Below, in pieces: positions 12,696-26,282 of a DNA stretch of 64,000 bases. The notes beneath the pieces were generated by a model. It ran no database searches. It saw only the letters and a program-made list of their open reading frames with translations, and had not been told where the DNA came from. This DNA is from Tubiluchus corallicola (lineage: Eukaryota > Animalia > Priapulida), in NCBI GenBank assembly GCA_030141605.1, contig JAQGDQ010000062.1:1-64000 (forward strand), written 5' to 3'. Made by a program: the position numbers and the translations under genes. The stretch's first letter is position 1, and every line of letters starts with the position of its first letter.

Positions 12696-15600
12696 GTTGT
12701 TTATTGTTTATTGTTTATTAGACAAAAATACCTTTACAATTACATATACAGATATATTACATACAATTACACAAACTGAAAACAAAATTACTACAATTAC
12801 ATATCAATGTAACTGCCTGCAGCTGTGCTAAAGGCCAGAACTTGGAAAGCCCAACTGTAATGCATAGTGTGTTGTTAGGTGTTAGGGGCAGGATAAAAGA
12901 GATGTGCAATGAAAAGAGATGACCTGACGGTAAAAGTGTGATGTAAGTAAGTAATGTAAGAGAAGAGAAGAAAAAAGCTAAAAATTGCAAAAAAGTGAAA
13001 AAAATGACGAGGTGACAATGACGAAAAAATGCAGTGAAATGGCTATAGCATGATAAGTCATTAATGTATACAGTGGCAGATTGTGAGTGGCAACCAACGT
13101 GGTGAACACAATACGGAAAGAAAAGTTGAAGACCAAATCCACCTAATATGCATTTAAGTGATATGTTTTCATCTCTTTCTTAATTCTACGCAAGCGCGAT
13201 ATTGTTCAGATATTACAAGTAATAGAATTTCAAACATTGGGACCTACAAAAGAAATAAAATGTTTAGCAACGTTGATTCTGCAATATCTGTCATAACATT
13301 CATTGTACTTAACATTATGGTGTCTGATATTTTTGTTTATAGGATTTATGAAAAATTGCAGAAACAGTTGCTGGATTTTGTGCACTAATACTGCAATATT
13401 GTACTTAACAAGATCATCAATTGTTAATTGTTTACGGCCTTTAAAGTGTTGGTTATAAATCATAGAAAGCTGATAAAAACCGTAAAAGTTACGCAAGAAT
13501 TTTCGTAGCAGTGTATGAAATGCATTTAAATTTGAGAGGTAAGTGAAGACACAAAGAATAGAAGCAAAATTTAAATAGCGTAGAACTAAAGACTTGCAAA
13601 AGACTGTGATTGATGTGGGAAATAATACCAACATTTTTTTGATATTTTAAGACTAATGATGTTAATGTGCAGAGTCCAGTCCAAATTTTCATGGAGGATG
13701 ATACCAAGAAATTTGGTCACTTTGATTAATTCAATTGGTTCAGCATCTATGAAAAGTGTACTATTTGGAGGAATGGGTTTACTTTTAGATCCAAACATGA
13801 CTGATTTTGTTTTGCTAGAATTAGGTGCCAATTTAGCAGTTTTAAATCACATCGAAAAATTAGTTAGCATGGTGTTCATATTGGTAACCGAAAGTTTGTA
13901 AAAATCCATATTTAATATTGTTGTATCATCAGCGAATTGTGCTATTTTCATATTGTTCTGAAGGTTTGTAATATCATTGATGTAAACAAATAATGGAGCA
14001 ATAGTTGATCCTTGTAGAACATCAGACTTAACAGTTAACGTATCAAGTATGCTATTATTGCATTTGATTCTTTGCAAACGATTAGTTAAGTACTTCCTAA
14101 ACCAGTTGGATGCAATCCCTCGAAAACCATTGTGAAACAACTTATTGACTAGAATGGAATGATCAGCAGTACCAAACTATTTTGAAGGTCACAAAACACT
14201 CCGGCAGCGGCGGTATTTTTTATATGCTGTCAATCAATTTACTTCAAACACTTATTAAAGCTAGCTCAGTTGAGCAACCTTTTCGAAAACCAAACTGATT
14301 GGGAATTAAGTGCTATATATTTATTTAAATTAGTTTCTAGTTGATTATGTGCGCATCTTTCAAATAGTTTTGAAAAAGTAGGGAGAAGACAAATCGGTCT
14401 CCGTAGTTGTTCATATCAGTGGCTTCACCAGATATGAATAAAAGAATGACAATTGATTGTTTTAGTTAATCTGGAAAGATTCCACAAGTAAGTGAGAGAT
14501 TGATTATATGACACAGAGGAACTGATATGGTATGAATTATATCAGACATAATTTTGATGTGAAATGTTATATATATCTAAGCTTGTCTTGCAATTTGATT
14601 GTTTGCAAATATTTATTACTTTGTCAGGGGAACAGGCAGGTTGAAAATAAAACTAATAAAACAGACAACCTATCAAACGCTGACTGTAGTTAGTATCAAC
14701 CTGCTCGATTTGTTCAGCTGTTCTCGGACTAATATTTATAAAGTGTTCATTAAATGAACTTGCCACTATAGTATTATTAGTGATTAATTTGTTATTGATT
14801 TTAATTCTAACATGGTGTGATTTATGTCTGTTTAATTAGTTCATAACGCACCACGTTTTTTTATGCTGTTTTTATAAGCTTCAAGTTCATTTTCGTAGTA
14901 ATCAAATTTAGATTTTTTAATTAAACCACTTCGGCGATTACGGTATTTTTTATATTTTCTTGAAAACTCACGATTTTTTGAGAGTTTATATACCTTTTAT
15001 ACATTTTATTTTTGTGCATAATAGAGTTTAATAGTCCCTGAGTAATCCACGGCTTCTTTATTTTAGATAAATTAATGTCAGTATGTTTGGTTTAACACGT
15101 GAAGAGTACAAAACTGGTCTAAACAAAAATTTGCTGTGCCATTAACATCATTGCTCGCTAAGATGTCATGCCAATTGTTACTACTCAAGTCAGTAATTAA
15201 ATTGAATGTATGTTGTCATTATATTTTGTAAAGGCAAATTAAGGCTAAACAAAGCAAAGATTGGTAAATGATCAGATATGTCAGTGAGTAAGCAGCCACA
15301 TTTATATTCTGCATGAATGACATTAGAAAATATATTAGCAATGTATCAGTTGCTCTGGTAGGTCAGGTGATAAGCGGGAACAAGTAATTGGCTAGCATAT
15401 TATCTAAGAAGATTTTTGTTTTTGGATGGGGTGAAAATTTTGAAAGCATTAGGTTATAGTCACCTAGTACAAACAAGTGTTTAGACTGAAGATTATTAGT
15501 ATTTAACAGATGCAGAATTTATTAAGGAAAGTACTAGAGCTGTTACCAGGTGAGCGGTAGGTAACACCAACCACAATGTTTTTGCTTGCTTTACTGTGAA

Positions 15601-17300
15601 TTTCAACGAATAAAGTTTCAATTTTATCTTCACAGAGTGATAAGTCATTGATAACTGTAAATACCAAGTCTTTCCGAATGAGCACCGACACGCCACCTCC
15701 CAAGCAAAAACTGTAAAATTTTTAGGCATTACTGTCGACAGTAAACTCACTTGGGATGAACAGTTTCATCAAATACACAACAAGATGGCATTAAGCACGA
15801 CATTCTTACGCCAAACCAGAGGCCATCTAACCAAGAAAACAAAAATTCTCATCTACAAAAGTCTAATATTACCACATTATCTATATGGTTGCACTTTACT
15901 TCAAAACGTTAAATATGAAAACTTTAGAAAACTAAATACAATGCAAAACTACGCACTTAGATTAATTAATGGCTACTCTAACAAAACTGCTAAACAACAT
16001 GCTGCTTCTGCGACAAGCTAAAGAAAGACCACAAAAATACCAATATTAGAAGCCTATCGAGATTACAAAACACTGATATTTCTTTATAAATATATAAATA
16101 AACTGAGCGTTCCATTTATAAACAATCCCTTAGCATTTATTCCTGATACCACTTTAAACTCTAGAACATACAATTTAAAGCAAATTACAGTAAACAATAA
16201 ATTTGGAAATACCTCTATATCAAAACAGGCCATACATTTATGGAACTTACTACCCAGTGAAATAAAACAAATAGAATCTCTCCACCACTTTAAAAAGAAA
16301 TTAAAAGAATATCAATATAACAGGTTTCAACTTCCACATTGTGCATCTGATACTAATTACACAGACTCCACTTTCATCTACCCCCGCCCCTGACTCCATA
16401 TAACGATTAAAAATGAAATTTTTTAAAAAAAAATTATGTAATGTAATACGTGTTATGTTAGTTTCGTGTTTCGTAATGTTAAATGTATAAATAGTGTACA
16501 CTATGTCATGTAAAATTTAATGTACTTTCGTATAATTGTTTTGTAAAAATATTTTAATATGGTGTTTGTAAATATGTTCATTTATTGTATATAGTTTTGC
16601 ACTTTAGTTTTTTTTAGTATGCACTGGACGCATTTGTCTTGAACAGTGTGGTTGTTTTAACATTGCGCTGAGGCTAGCTCAATTTTGTTGTAATGAGTGA
16701 GCCGTTTTTATGACAAATAAAGAATTAATATATATATATATATATATATATGACTTTCCTATTAACACATATAAGTTTATAGCCTAGAAAAGAGAATGAT
16801 TAGCTAAGCTCATCTGTTAACCACGTCTCAGTGAGTGCAATTACAGGAAAGTTACCTTAGATTTTAAACTTCTAATATTAATACGAATAATATGAAAATG
16901 GGTTGGGATGTTTTAAATTATATTGAAATGAATGAAAGTGATCTTTACCGTAGTATTTACTGTCAGGGTTAGAATGCATATGATTGAAAAAATGTCTATC
17001 AGGATCACTCTGACTGTTATTGTCATGAATGTCATTATCAAATATATTCAGTTTAAATAGGTCTTTGTCGATGACAGACCCAATGTTTGAAAAACGAGCA
17101 TAAAATTTAAATTCGTCATCATCAACAATAGAATAGAAGGAAATATCGTTTCAAGGCATCATTCGCAAAACCCAGTCATTGTGATCATTACCCAGATTAT
17201 AAAAGTCAGAAGTACATTTCAGGTCGACCCACTGACCGCAACAATCACAGAACACACAACGCTGATTACCCCGCACAGTCCTGTCACAAACTAAACATTT
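12696..17300 (-). mobile_element. CR1/L2-type LINE, near full length and degraded (PHD finger, APE endonuclease, reverse transcriptase)
   Basis: Minus strand: PHD CLVCDRTVRGNQRCVFCDCCGQWVDLKC (~17220-17300); endonuclease FPVIALTETWL, GGGVSVLI, IVVGVTYRSP; RT GFRGIASNWFRKYLTNRLQ, VLQGSTIAPLF, QFADDT, KFLGIILHENLDW; (AATAAAC)n tail at 12696-12720. Many stops and frameshifts. Confidence 0.92.
15702..16751 (+). mobile_element. 5'-truncated CR1/L2-type LINE 3' end, inserted antisense into the previous LINE
   Basis: KFLGITVDSKLTWDEQ...KILIYKSLILPHYLYGC...LNTMQNYALRLI is the post-RT region; it is followed by a 3' UTR, AATAAA and a (TA)n tail. Confidence 0.85.
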
Positions 17301-18707
17301 ATTTGAAGCCAGTAAGATGAATGTTGAGAAAGATGAGGTGAAGTGAACGGTAAGAGTAGAAAAGAATGGAAAAGGTATGTAAAAACTAGGATAAGAGCTG
17401 AAGCCCTTGTGTTGAATGAAAGGCCTATAAGTTGTATTCTGAGCATTCAAAAATCATAAGACAGTTACAAAGATACTGTATATGTGGCATGACAACTTAA
17501 CATTAACGAAAATAGTAAGATCTAGTATCATTTGCAGAAACGACCTAACATATTATTCAGAACAGGTTTACGTTTAACACGATGAGTGGGTACAGACCAT
17601 TTGAATCTGTTTAGGCCTAATCAAGGTTAGAGACAATTTCACAACTGCCAGCAATAAATTAGGTTAATACAGGCGTACAGCTAGTACAGCATAATAATTA
17701 TAATGGACATTTATCAGCTAAGATAATTTATGTTGATTGAATACAATGATTTGGTCTCTGAAGGGAGGATGCTTGGCAGAGCTGTTGGCCAACTTAATGA
17801 AAGTCACTGGGCTGGAACTCAACAGGTTGAACTCACTAAAACAAGTATGTACGCTTGCATAGGTTGCAGCAACTTAACTTTTCATGATAGCTAAGCCTAA
17901 AAGTGGATCTTACTGCACCGATTTCTACGTCTTTTCTCTTGGGAAAGACATGGCTAGTGATGGATTAGTTCTCGTTAATACGATCAAAAGGCTTCATTCA
18001 ATACACATATTTGCTTGTATTGAAGCTCGGCGACCCCATTCATCAGGAAATCTTCGTTTCTTCGTCGAGGAATGATTAGAAAACAGAGCTGGTCAGCCAC
18101 CTGAGACAAGATTTATCATGCACGAATACAAAACAGTTGCATTTGTTTTCCCAGGTAGCTTCTCTGTTTCCCAGATGAATGCAGTGCAGTTGAGTGGACA
18201 ATAATGAATGAATGAATGTGTAAGGTTGCTATCTCGGCTATGCTGCTTTGCTATGCTTACGAAGCCTTACTTGCACTTTCTTCATTGTGTCGTAATTTTC
18301 ATCAAATAGCCTACATCGCGAGCGTAATTTACAGCAGTAGTACATCGCATTTGGTCGCAAAGGCTGCTAAAATGATTTCGGCGAGATGTGCAAAGCTCTG
18401 TCAAGGTTCATGGTTGCAAAATCATCTATACAGATTTTATAGGTCACTGCAATACAGTGTTTGGTCTTACACTTACTGCTTGCGTTTATAATGTGACCAA
18501 TGAGCAGAATTATCCGGTATTATTTGTGAAGGACATTCTGAATGCAATCGAACGTAAACATTTTGAATTTTTGAACAGAAATGAACTTAACCTGACTGGA
18601 TATGTTAAAATTAACTTAAGTGATGTATTATTTTTATTGTATTCCCTTGACTAACTGATGTATCATTTTTTGTCCCTTTTTTGTTTAAATTGATAATTTT
18701 TGAAAGA

Positions 18708-19016
<309 letters not shown>

Positions 19017-20000
19017 GCCTTACCATCAAGTATTTTCATTTAGACTAAAATGAGCAAACAGTGTTAAATAAAGAAAAGAAAAGAATTACAGGGGCTGAAA
19101 AAAACGAAAAATTACTAGTGAAGCTTGCGAAAACAATCTATATAACAGTGCCTACTTTTTAAGTTTTTTTAACTAAAATTATAATGGCCTCAATTGTGCC
19201 TGTGTGCGAGTGTGGGGGTCCAAAATATGCTTATACACAAATTACTCACAATGACTGAAATTACTTTGACCGTCAGCAGGTGTCATCCCCATTACCGCAG
19301 CGCATGCGCAGTAGCATAATTTGCACGTGTAAAATGGGCTTAGGTGAAGGAATAGGTGGTAAAGGAATAGGTTTATTCTCGTGGAGGGCGCGAGGGTTCC
19401 TAATGCTAAATGCTACGGAAGTTGACAATGCATTCGATGTTGGCTTTAGATAAATGTGCTGTACCGTTGAAAAAACTAAAGTACCATTCACATTTTCGAC
19501 ATAAAACGTCGAATTAAAACCAAATCCTCCTAGGATACAAGTCGTAAAAATTCATTGCAAAACTATTCAGCTGTGACAATTATACTGAGTTGTTCTCGGA
19601 AAATCCGTAGAATGGCCTGATGTGCATTAGTTATAATTTTATGAATGATTAGTGGCATTAATTGCTTGAGTGTCAGTGTGACAGCATTTTCCACGTCGTA
19701 TTAATCCATTATACTTATAGCCTGACGGCAATGTACGCAATTGTGTAAAGTCTAGAATCAAGTTGGCGGGTGTGACTAGGTTGTTGTATCTGTAGATATT
19801 TCGGCAATGTGTTTTTCAAAATTATAGAGAATTCCAGTCATAATTTTTTGAAAATTAGCTCACTCAAATATTTTATACATTTCTACCCTGCATGTGTTGT
19901 ATTATATATATATCTACAGGTCATCAAAAACTGTTAGTATAGAGCAAAACTAGCGTGTAACGGTGAAACAACTCATCTTTCAATTATAGAAATCCTAGTA

Positions 20001-21105
20001 CACGGTAAAAATGGCACGGGGGAAAATGACACAATTAGAAAAATAGATAAAAACGGCACAGGTAAAATAGCACAGGAAAAAATGGCACAAATGAAACAGT
20101 AGGAAAACTTTGCAAGGAAAAAATGGCCGAAATGGGAAAAATGGCACAATATGCCATTTTCATGCACTTAATTGCTATAGTAAAACTATAATTGATTTCT
20201 GTAATAGAACTAGAATGCACTCAGTATGAAGCAGATCGCTGCCAAAGCCGAGCAATCCTAAACTTTATTCGTGTGATTCTTTTGATTAAAAAAAACGTAA
20301 AACCAAGATAAGCAATTAAACGTACAAAAAAGTAGCTGTACTGGTATTATGTACTAGTGAAAGAGTCACAAAATATTTTGTTTATTAAATAGAATTATAA
20401 ACAGTAATTCCACATTTTTTGTTTATTTTTCTTTCATGACTTTTCTTTAAAACCATTAATTATGTGGCGATGGTAATAGACTGATTTACCAAGTCAGCTT
20501 ATAAGGTTATGCACATTAATGCGCAAAGTTATAGACGGCGTTACACAGTTTTCCAAATGAGAATTTCTTGAAATGCAACCTGGAACTAACTTGTAGTTGT
20601 TTGTACTAGTGGAGGTAATGAAAAAGAAGTACCAAACACGCCTTCTGAGACCTCCATGAAGTGTTTCTGTACGTGGTGTTCAATCAAACTTTGCGAAAAA
20701 AACGGGCGAAAAACAGCCATTTTGGCAGCTTATACCCGACTTCTCTAACCAAGTTTCGTGGAAATCTGTTAGGTAGTTTTTGCATAACAGGCTTACTGCT
20801 ATAACAGACAAAAAGCAAATAAACAAACAAACTGCGAAGAAGCATAACTTCCTTGGCAGAGGTAAAACTAACTAAAATAACCATTCCCACAGTAACCCTA
20901 ACCCTAAACTCGTATTTTACTAACTGTGCCATTTTTGTTCCTGTGCCATTCTTATCTGTGCCATTTTTACCTACTTTCCATTTGTGCCACTTAATCCTGT
21001 GTCATTTTTACCAACGCCATTTTTTCCTCCTTTTCCATTTGTGCCATTCTTTCCTGTGTCATTTTTACCGTGCCATTTTTTCCTGTTCCATTTTTACCTA
21101 CATTC
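20001..21105. mobile_element. Foldback-like non-autonomous element with arms built from AAAAATGGCAC repeats
   Basis: Arrays of (GG)AAAAATGGCACA at 20001-20150 and the complementary TGTGCCATTTTT(CC) at 20925-21105. Confidence 0.7.
20208..20865 (-). mobile_element. Non-autonomous Helentron/DINE-1-like element
   Basis: The minus strand starts TTACCTCTGCCAAGGAAGTTATG, then a (GTTT)n microsatellite and GATTTCCACGAAACTTGG. It ends TTGGCAGCGATCTGC...GAGTGCATTCTAGTT (sub-terminal inverted repeat plus CTAG end). Confidence 0.7.
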
Positions 21106-24100
21106 TGCAATAACACACACGATGAGATAATAGCTTCAGGGCGATGTCTATTACATAATTACTGAATTGATTCTTGCACGTTCTATTGATTTTCTGTAGT
21201 TAGAGCACTTGTAAACAACCACCTACAATATATTATTATTCTATGAAAACAATCGATACAAAATTAATGCTATAATCGCAGAATAATATGGATTTTGATT
21301 GTTCTACTTAATAAGGCACGAAACGATGAGTCAGCCGTAGTGCTACTAATGACGCCTAGCGGCATTTTTGCCCTATCAGGAGTGGTAAATAGTCAAACAG
21401 ATTTTACTACAGGTTTTTTTAGCTGGCTAAAGACTTCATTGAGTAAATAGGACTTCTACCAACTACTGCAGAAAGTTATTCGTCTGGTGTAGCTGTATTT
21501 TCATCATTACGATTTCTATTACTCTAGGTGGTGACTGGAATTAATTAGTATTTTTTATCTGGTTTGAACATGCGAAGTGGTGAAAAAAATTAATAGCATA
21601 ATGTGTGATTAAATGATTAGCAAGCGCGCTACCACAGTTCTGGTGACATTTGTTTCTGCCTTTGAAACAGACCCTCTCACAGTTTCTTCATTAAGTACCG
21701 ATACAAACAATATAAGATATTTTTACTTAGTAAATATTCATTGGCGTAGAAAATCAGAGGTTTTTTCTCTTTTTTGTGCACGTGTGTCTTTTTGCACTAA
21801 TGTTTTTTTAACTAATAATTATCTTTACGACCTTTGTTACTTTATTAGTGAAAGGTATAAATCAATTTAAATGAAATTATTCATTCATCGCAGCCTATAT
21901 CAAAATCGTAATTACATATTATGTTTTCCTTATGTTTCGTTGCTATTATTACATCATTTACTTTATTACATCAATTACATTAAGTCATCTACAAAAGCAC
22001 GCATAGCACGCATAACTATAATAATTTCATTCAAGTAAGGTGAGTGTGTTAATGACCGTATGGTTGTACACTCACCTCGCACTACTCATATCATTTTATT
22101 TGTTGTTTATTAATGTGTACGATGTTGTCTTTTGAAGTGTGAAATAAAATTCATAGATCATAGTTCATAGATATTTCTGCACAGCAATTCTGTGATTTGC
22201 AAAGTTTGTCAAGATAATTGCGTAATTAATAAACCATTGTTGAAGTCTTCATTAATCTGTTAATAAACAATAAATATAAGTCAATTAATTTTAATATGCA
22301 AAATATGGCTCACGTTTTAGCAGTCCGTCCGCAACAACATTTTTAATTTTCGCTACAGCATTTCCGTTCACTTCTACTTTAATTTACATTTATCAAATCC
22401 TCTTGCGACTCAAGATTTTGTTGTTTCCGAATGCGAAAATTTATTGTGGTTCACAGGTGTACACCTAACACGTAGTCGGTCCAATTAGCAGCAAGCGAAC
22501 ATTATTTATTGCTATTTTGCGAATTTTAAAACACAGGAGCCTGAAGCATGAAGCTTATCACGTGTGAATAAACAGACATGCAATTGCAGAATGCATAAAG
22601 CTATTTCATAACCGCCATTGACATCCAGGCAAGTCTAACAGCATTTTACAGTAACGTAGAAAACGAATTTGTTTTCAAAATCTATTATCATCATTTTTGC
22701 ACGGCTAAAAGGATGTACAATGTATGTAAAGGTGAAAAGGAGTAAAACGGACCGCCAGTCTAAAATTAGCTCAGGCTTATATCTTAAGAGCTCCTTTCTG
22801 CTTAACAACAGCGCTTCGTAAACAAGTATTATAATAGCCTATAGATAGTTGTTGGGATATGGTGATATAATAGGTGGCATATATAGAAATGTGTAATAAT
22901 ATCATATTATTGAAATGTGTAGTATACCTTTGTGTGGGGCCTTATCGAAAGTATAGTCATAGTACTCTATGCTCGATTGTTAACGACAGCACATCAATAA
23001 TGGAGCGAGAACAGCGAAAGTCATATGTAATGTCATTACTGTCCGAAAATCGTTGCAAATGATCATTAATATGACTTCAAAGACTGCTGTCTCTTGGTTG
23101 CCGACTAATAGAGGATTATATTTCCTTACCGTTGTCTTTATTTGTATAATATTTTAACCTAATTTAAAAATAGTACCTCTCTGCAATTTCTTTATAGAGG
23201 TGGAAAACATTAGCTGAATTAACTTGGATAGTATAGCACAGAATAGAATATGGCAACCAATCATCTTAAGAGGCTTTATTTACGATGTGATTTGAATTTG
23301 GTTATGACGCAAAGATTAGTGATAAAAAAATCTTTCACCGGCGCCGTTCTTAAAGCTGCTGTTCTTGGTATTTTATTCAGGCTAATCCTTTAAGGTGTTT
23401 GTTAGTACTGAATTAAGGTTTGTTTATAGTTTTGTAATCAAATAATAAATATTCAGATTATGGGCATTGGGAGACTGTGACCCACTTTGCCCAGTGAGTC
23501 TGTAGACTCTGACTGATACTAGATTTATATACTTTTATTTAAAAAAAACTATTATTGTTGTATATGCTTTAACTAATAACTGGGTTGTACACCACTAATC
23601 AGTCCAATGAATACATGTGAAGGCTATTTGATGTCAAGGTTATAGGTTGAGCACTTCAAGCTGAATGATCCTCGTGATTTCGACTTTGGTTTTACATAAA
23701 ATAATTATAACATAATATTTTTGTTTTGATTTTATTTTAAAATGGTTACATACTACACAAGAACTACTGTCAATCACCTGGTTTCTGAATTTATTAATTG
23801 TAACGATTTGTCCACGATCACGCAAGAAACGTTTTTGCAAGTAGCAATATTGTTTGCGCATTTTTGGCTAAGACTGTTACAAAGATTTGTAAAAAAAACA
23901 ATTCCTGCTGGGCTTACATGGTAAGTTATCTTGTGGAGTTTCTGTATCTCTGTAGGATTTTTTGTACCTGTCTCGTGGTGTGAATCGATTCTATACCATT
24001 TTTGGAACAATCCTTAGATTAACTTGTTGTCCATGTTTAAAAGAGCTTCTTTAATTGTTGTGCCCCATTGGAACAATTGTTTAATCAAATACAAACAGCG

Positions 24101-24823
24101 CATTAAAATTCTTTATTCAGTTTATTTACTATAATAATATTATATAAAGAATTATAATGCACTATTTGTGTTCCATCAAAACATTTTCGATTTTTATGTG
24201 CATATTTTAATTACGCTCATGTTCCTTGCTTTTCTACAGTTCCCATAATACGTGTGTAATTTACAAGAATTTCAAAATGTCGTTCTCATGGGTGGAGCAG
24301 AAATGCATGTCAGTTGAAAAGTCCTAAATTTTTAAAAATGAGATACTGAACGAATGATTGAACTTTTATTGAGGTTGCAGACAACAGTATTTTGCGAACC
24401 GTAAACTTTGCGTTTTTATGACGAGTTTGTTTGGAGAGTTGATTGAGCTCTTCGTTTTCTCAAATACCACTGCATTAGAACTCCACTTCGTGAAACAAGA
24501 CAGTGTTATTAGGCGCACTTAAGTAGTCCCATGGGAATTACATTCAGGTTACTGTAATACCCAATAATTGTTGTTTCTGTCTGAAGTTTATACAGTGGTG
24601 TAATGATAGTTGACGCAATGCGAAGCATTATTAGCTTGTAGATAATAAAAGATTCAGCGTTCCATGTTGCTTCGCGTATGAAGCTGTGACTAAGGACATA
24701 TTCACATTGAGTCCCATCAATCTGGAACGGAGATGAGGTGACCCAAATGATTCTCTTTGTGGCGATGCGTTGGTACACTAGTGGATCAAGCTTCGGTATC
24801 GTGTATATAGAATAAGAATGTGG

Positions 24824-25398
24824 CTCACTCACTCACTCACTCACTCACTCACTCACTCACTCACTCACTCACTCACTCACTCACTCACTCACTCACTCAC
24901 TCACTCACTCACTCACTCACTCACTCACTCACTCACTCACTCACTCACTCACTCACTCACTCACTCACTCACTCACTCACTCACTCACTCACTCACTCAC
25001 TCACTCACTCACTCACTCACTCACTCACCTCACTCACTCTTCACTCACTCACTCACTCACTCTCTCACTCACTCACTCTCTCACTCACTCACTCTCTCAC
25101 TCACTCACTCACTCTCTCACTCACTCACTCACTCACTCACTCACTCACTCTCTCACTCTCTCACTCACTCACTCACTCACTCACTCACTCACTCACTCAC
25201 TTACTTACTCACTCACTCACTCACTCACTCACTCACTCACTCACTCACTCACTCACTCACCTCACTCACTCACTCACTCACTCACTCACTCACTCACTCA
25301 CTCACTCACTCACTCACTCACTCACTCACTCACTCACTCACTCACTCACTCACTCACTCACTCACTCACTCACTCACTCACTCACTCACTCACTCACT
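24824..25398. repeat. (TCAC)n microsatellite, ~575 bp
   Basis: Tetranucleotide run; it explains the LTHS-repeat ORFs. Confidence 0.99.
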
Positions 25399-25403
25399 GC
25401 AAC

Positions 25404-25628
25404 TCCTAGGCGGTCACCCATCCAAGTACTAACCCCCTCCTCGTTGCTTAACTTCGGTGATCAGACGATAACCAGTGTCTTCAACGTCATTTGAACCTGC
25501 AGCACCTGGTATTCCTTGTCGGTAACCCATCCAAGTACTAACCCCCCTCTTCGTTGCTTAACTTCGGTGATCAGACGAGAACCCTTGTCATCAACCTGTT
25601 TTGAACAACCGGTATTTTCAACGCCGTA
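25404..25628 (-). pseudogene. Two tandem 5S rRNA-derived copies plus a 5' fragment (pseudogenes or SINE3-like heads)
   Basis: The minus strand reads GTTGAA...GGTT.TCGTCTGATCACCGAAGTTAAGCAACG...GGTTAGTACTTGGATGGGT.ACCG...GGAATACCAGGTGCTG (5S internal control region). Copies at ~25404-25487 and ~25497-25595, fragment at ~25607-25628. All are truncated or diverged. Confidence 0.85.
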
Positions 25629-25904
25629 ATTGTGTATAAGCAGATGCGCGTGATATACAAGAATTGCAAACTTGCTACATAGGAACACGTTGTCATGCGT
25701 ATAAATTGTCCTCAAATACCAGTAAAATCCACACTAAGTTTCGTTTATTAACAATCAGTATACAAATCAGTAACAACAGTATACAAACATGTTTAATATT
25801 AGCCTATGTCGATTCGATTTTTTTTACTTTTTCAAGAACGGTAGTGAACGAGTTAAAAAAAGACAAAAATTCGGATTTCCGTGATGAGTAATCTAGCTTG
25901 TCGC

Positions 25905-26128
25905 CTAGAATTCACAAATATACGGAAATTTTGCTGTATCACACGAGAAGTCATTCCACGTGTTCCCATTTGCCCGCAAGATGGCGCAGCTTTCGCCATC
26001 GCCGTAATTATCTGGTTGGCCATCTCCTACATCCCAAGAAGTAAAAAGGGCAGGTCGACCTGTTGCAAACCACCTCCAGTCACCCTCCTCGTGTATGTCC
26101 ATTAAACCAATCCAAAAATGCTCACCAG
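25905..26128 (-). CDS. C-type lectin domain, terminal exon (QPD...WND, galactose-type motif)
   Basis: After the acceptor ttttaataaag (phase 1): GEHFWIGLMDIHEEGDWRWFATGRPALFTSWDVGDGQPDNYGDGESCAILRANGNTWNDFSCDTAKFPYICEF*. WIGL, QPD, WND and three Cys are intact, with AATAAA ~160 nt downstream. Upstream exons were not located. Confidence 0.9.
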
Positions 26129-26282
26129 CTTTATTAAAAACAAAATATAATTAATATTAAATTTGGTTATTTACCATTATATTTTCATATAATATAACAG
26201 TTATTTAACTTTTATACATTCCACAGCAATTATAACGTACTTTACCACTCCCATGAAACACTAAAATAACAAATATTACCAG

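Noticed and set aside
19300-19309. NRF1-like GCGCATGCGC site
   Set aside because: An isolated motif with no associated gene start.
23640-24832. Minus-strand ORFs of 73-107 aa
   Set aside because: No recognisable motif; a decayed coding fragment cannot be excluded but is unsupported.
24818-25494. 204/224-aa LTHS-repeat ORFs
   Set aside because: Translations of (TCAC)n running into a 5S-derived copy.
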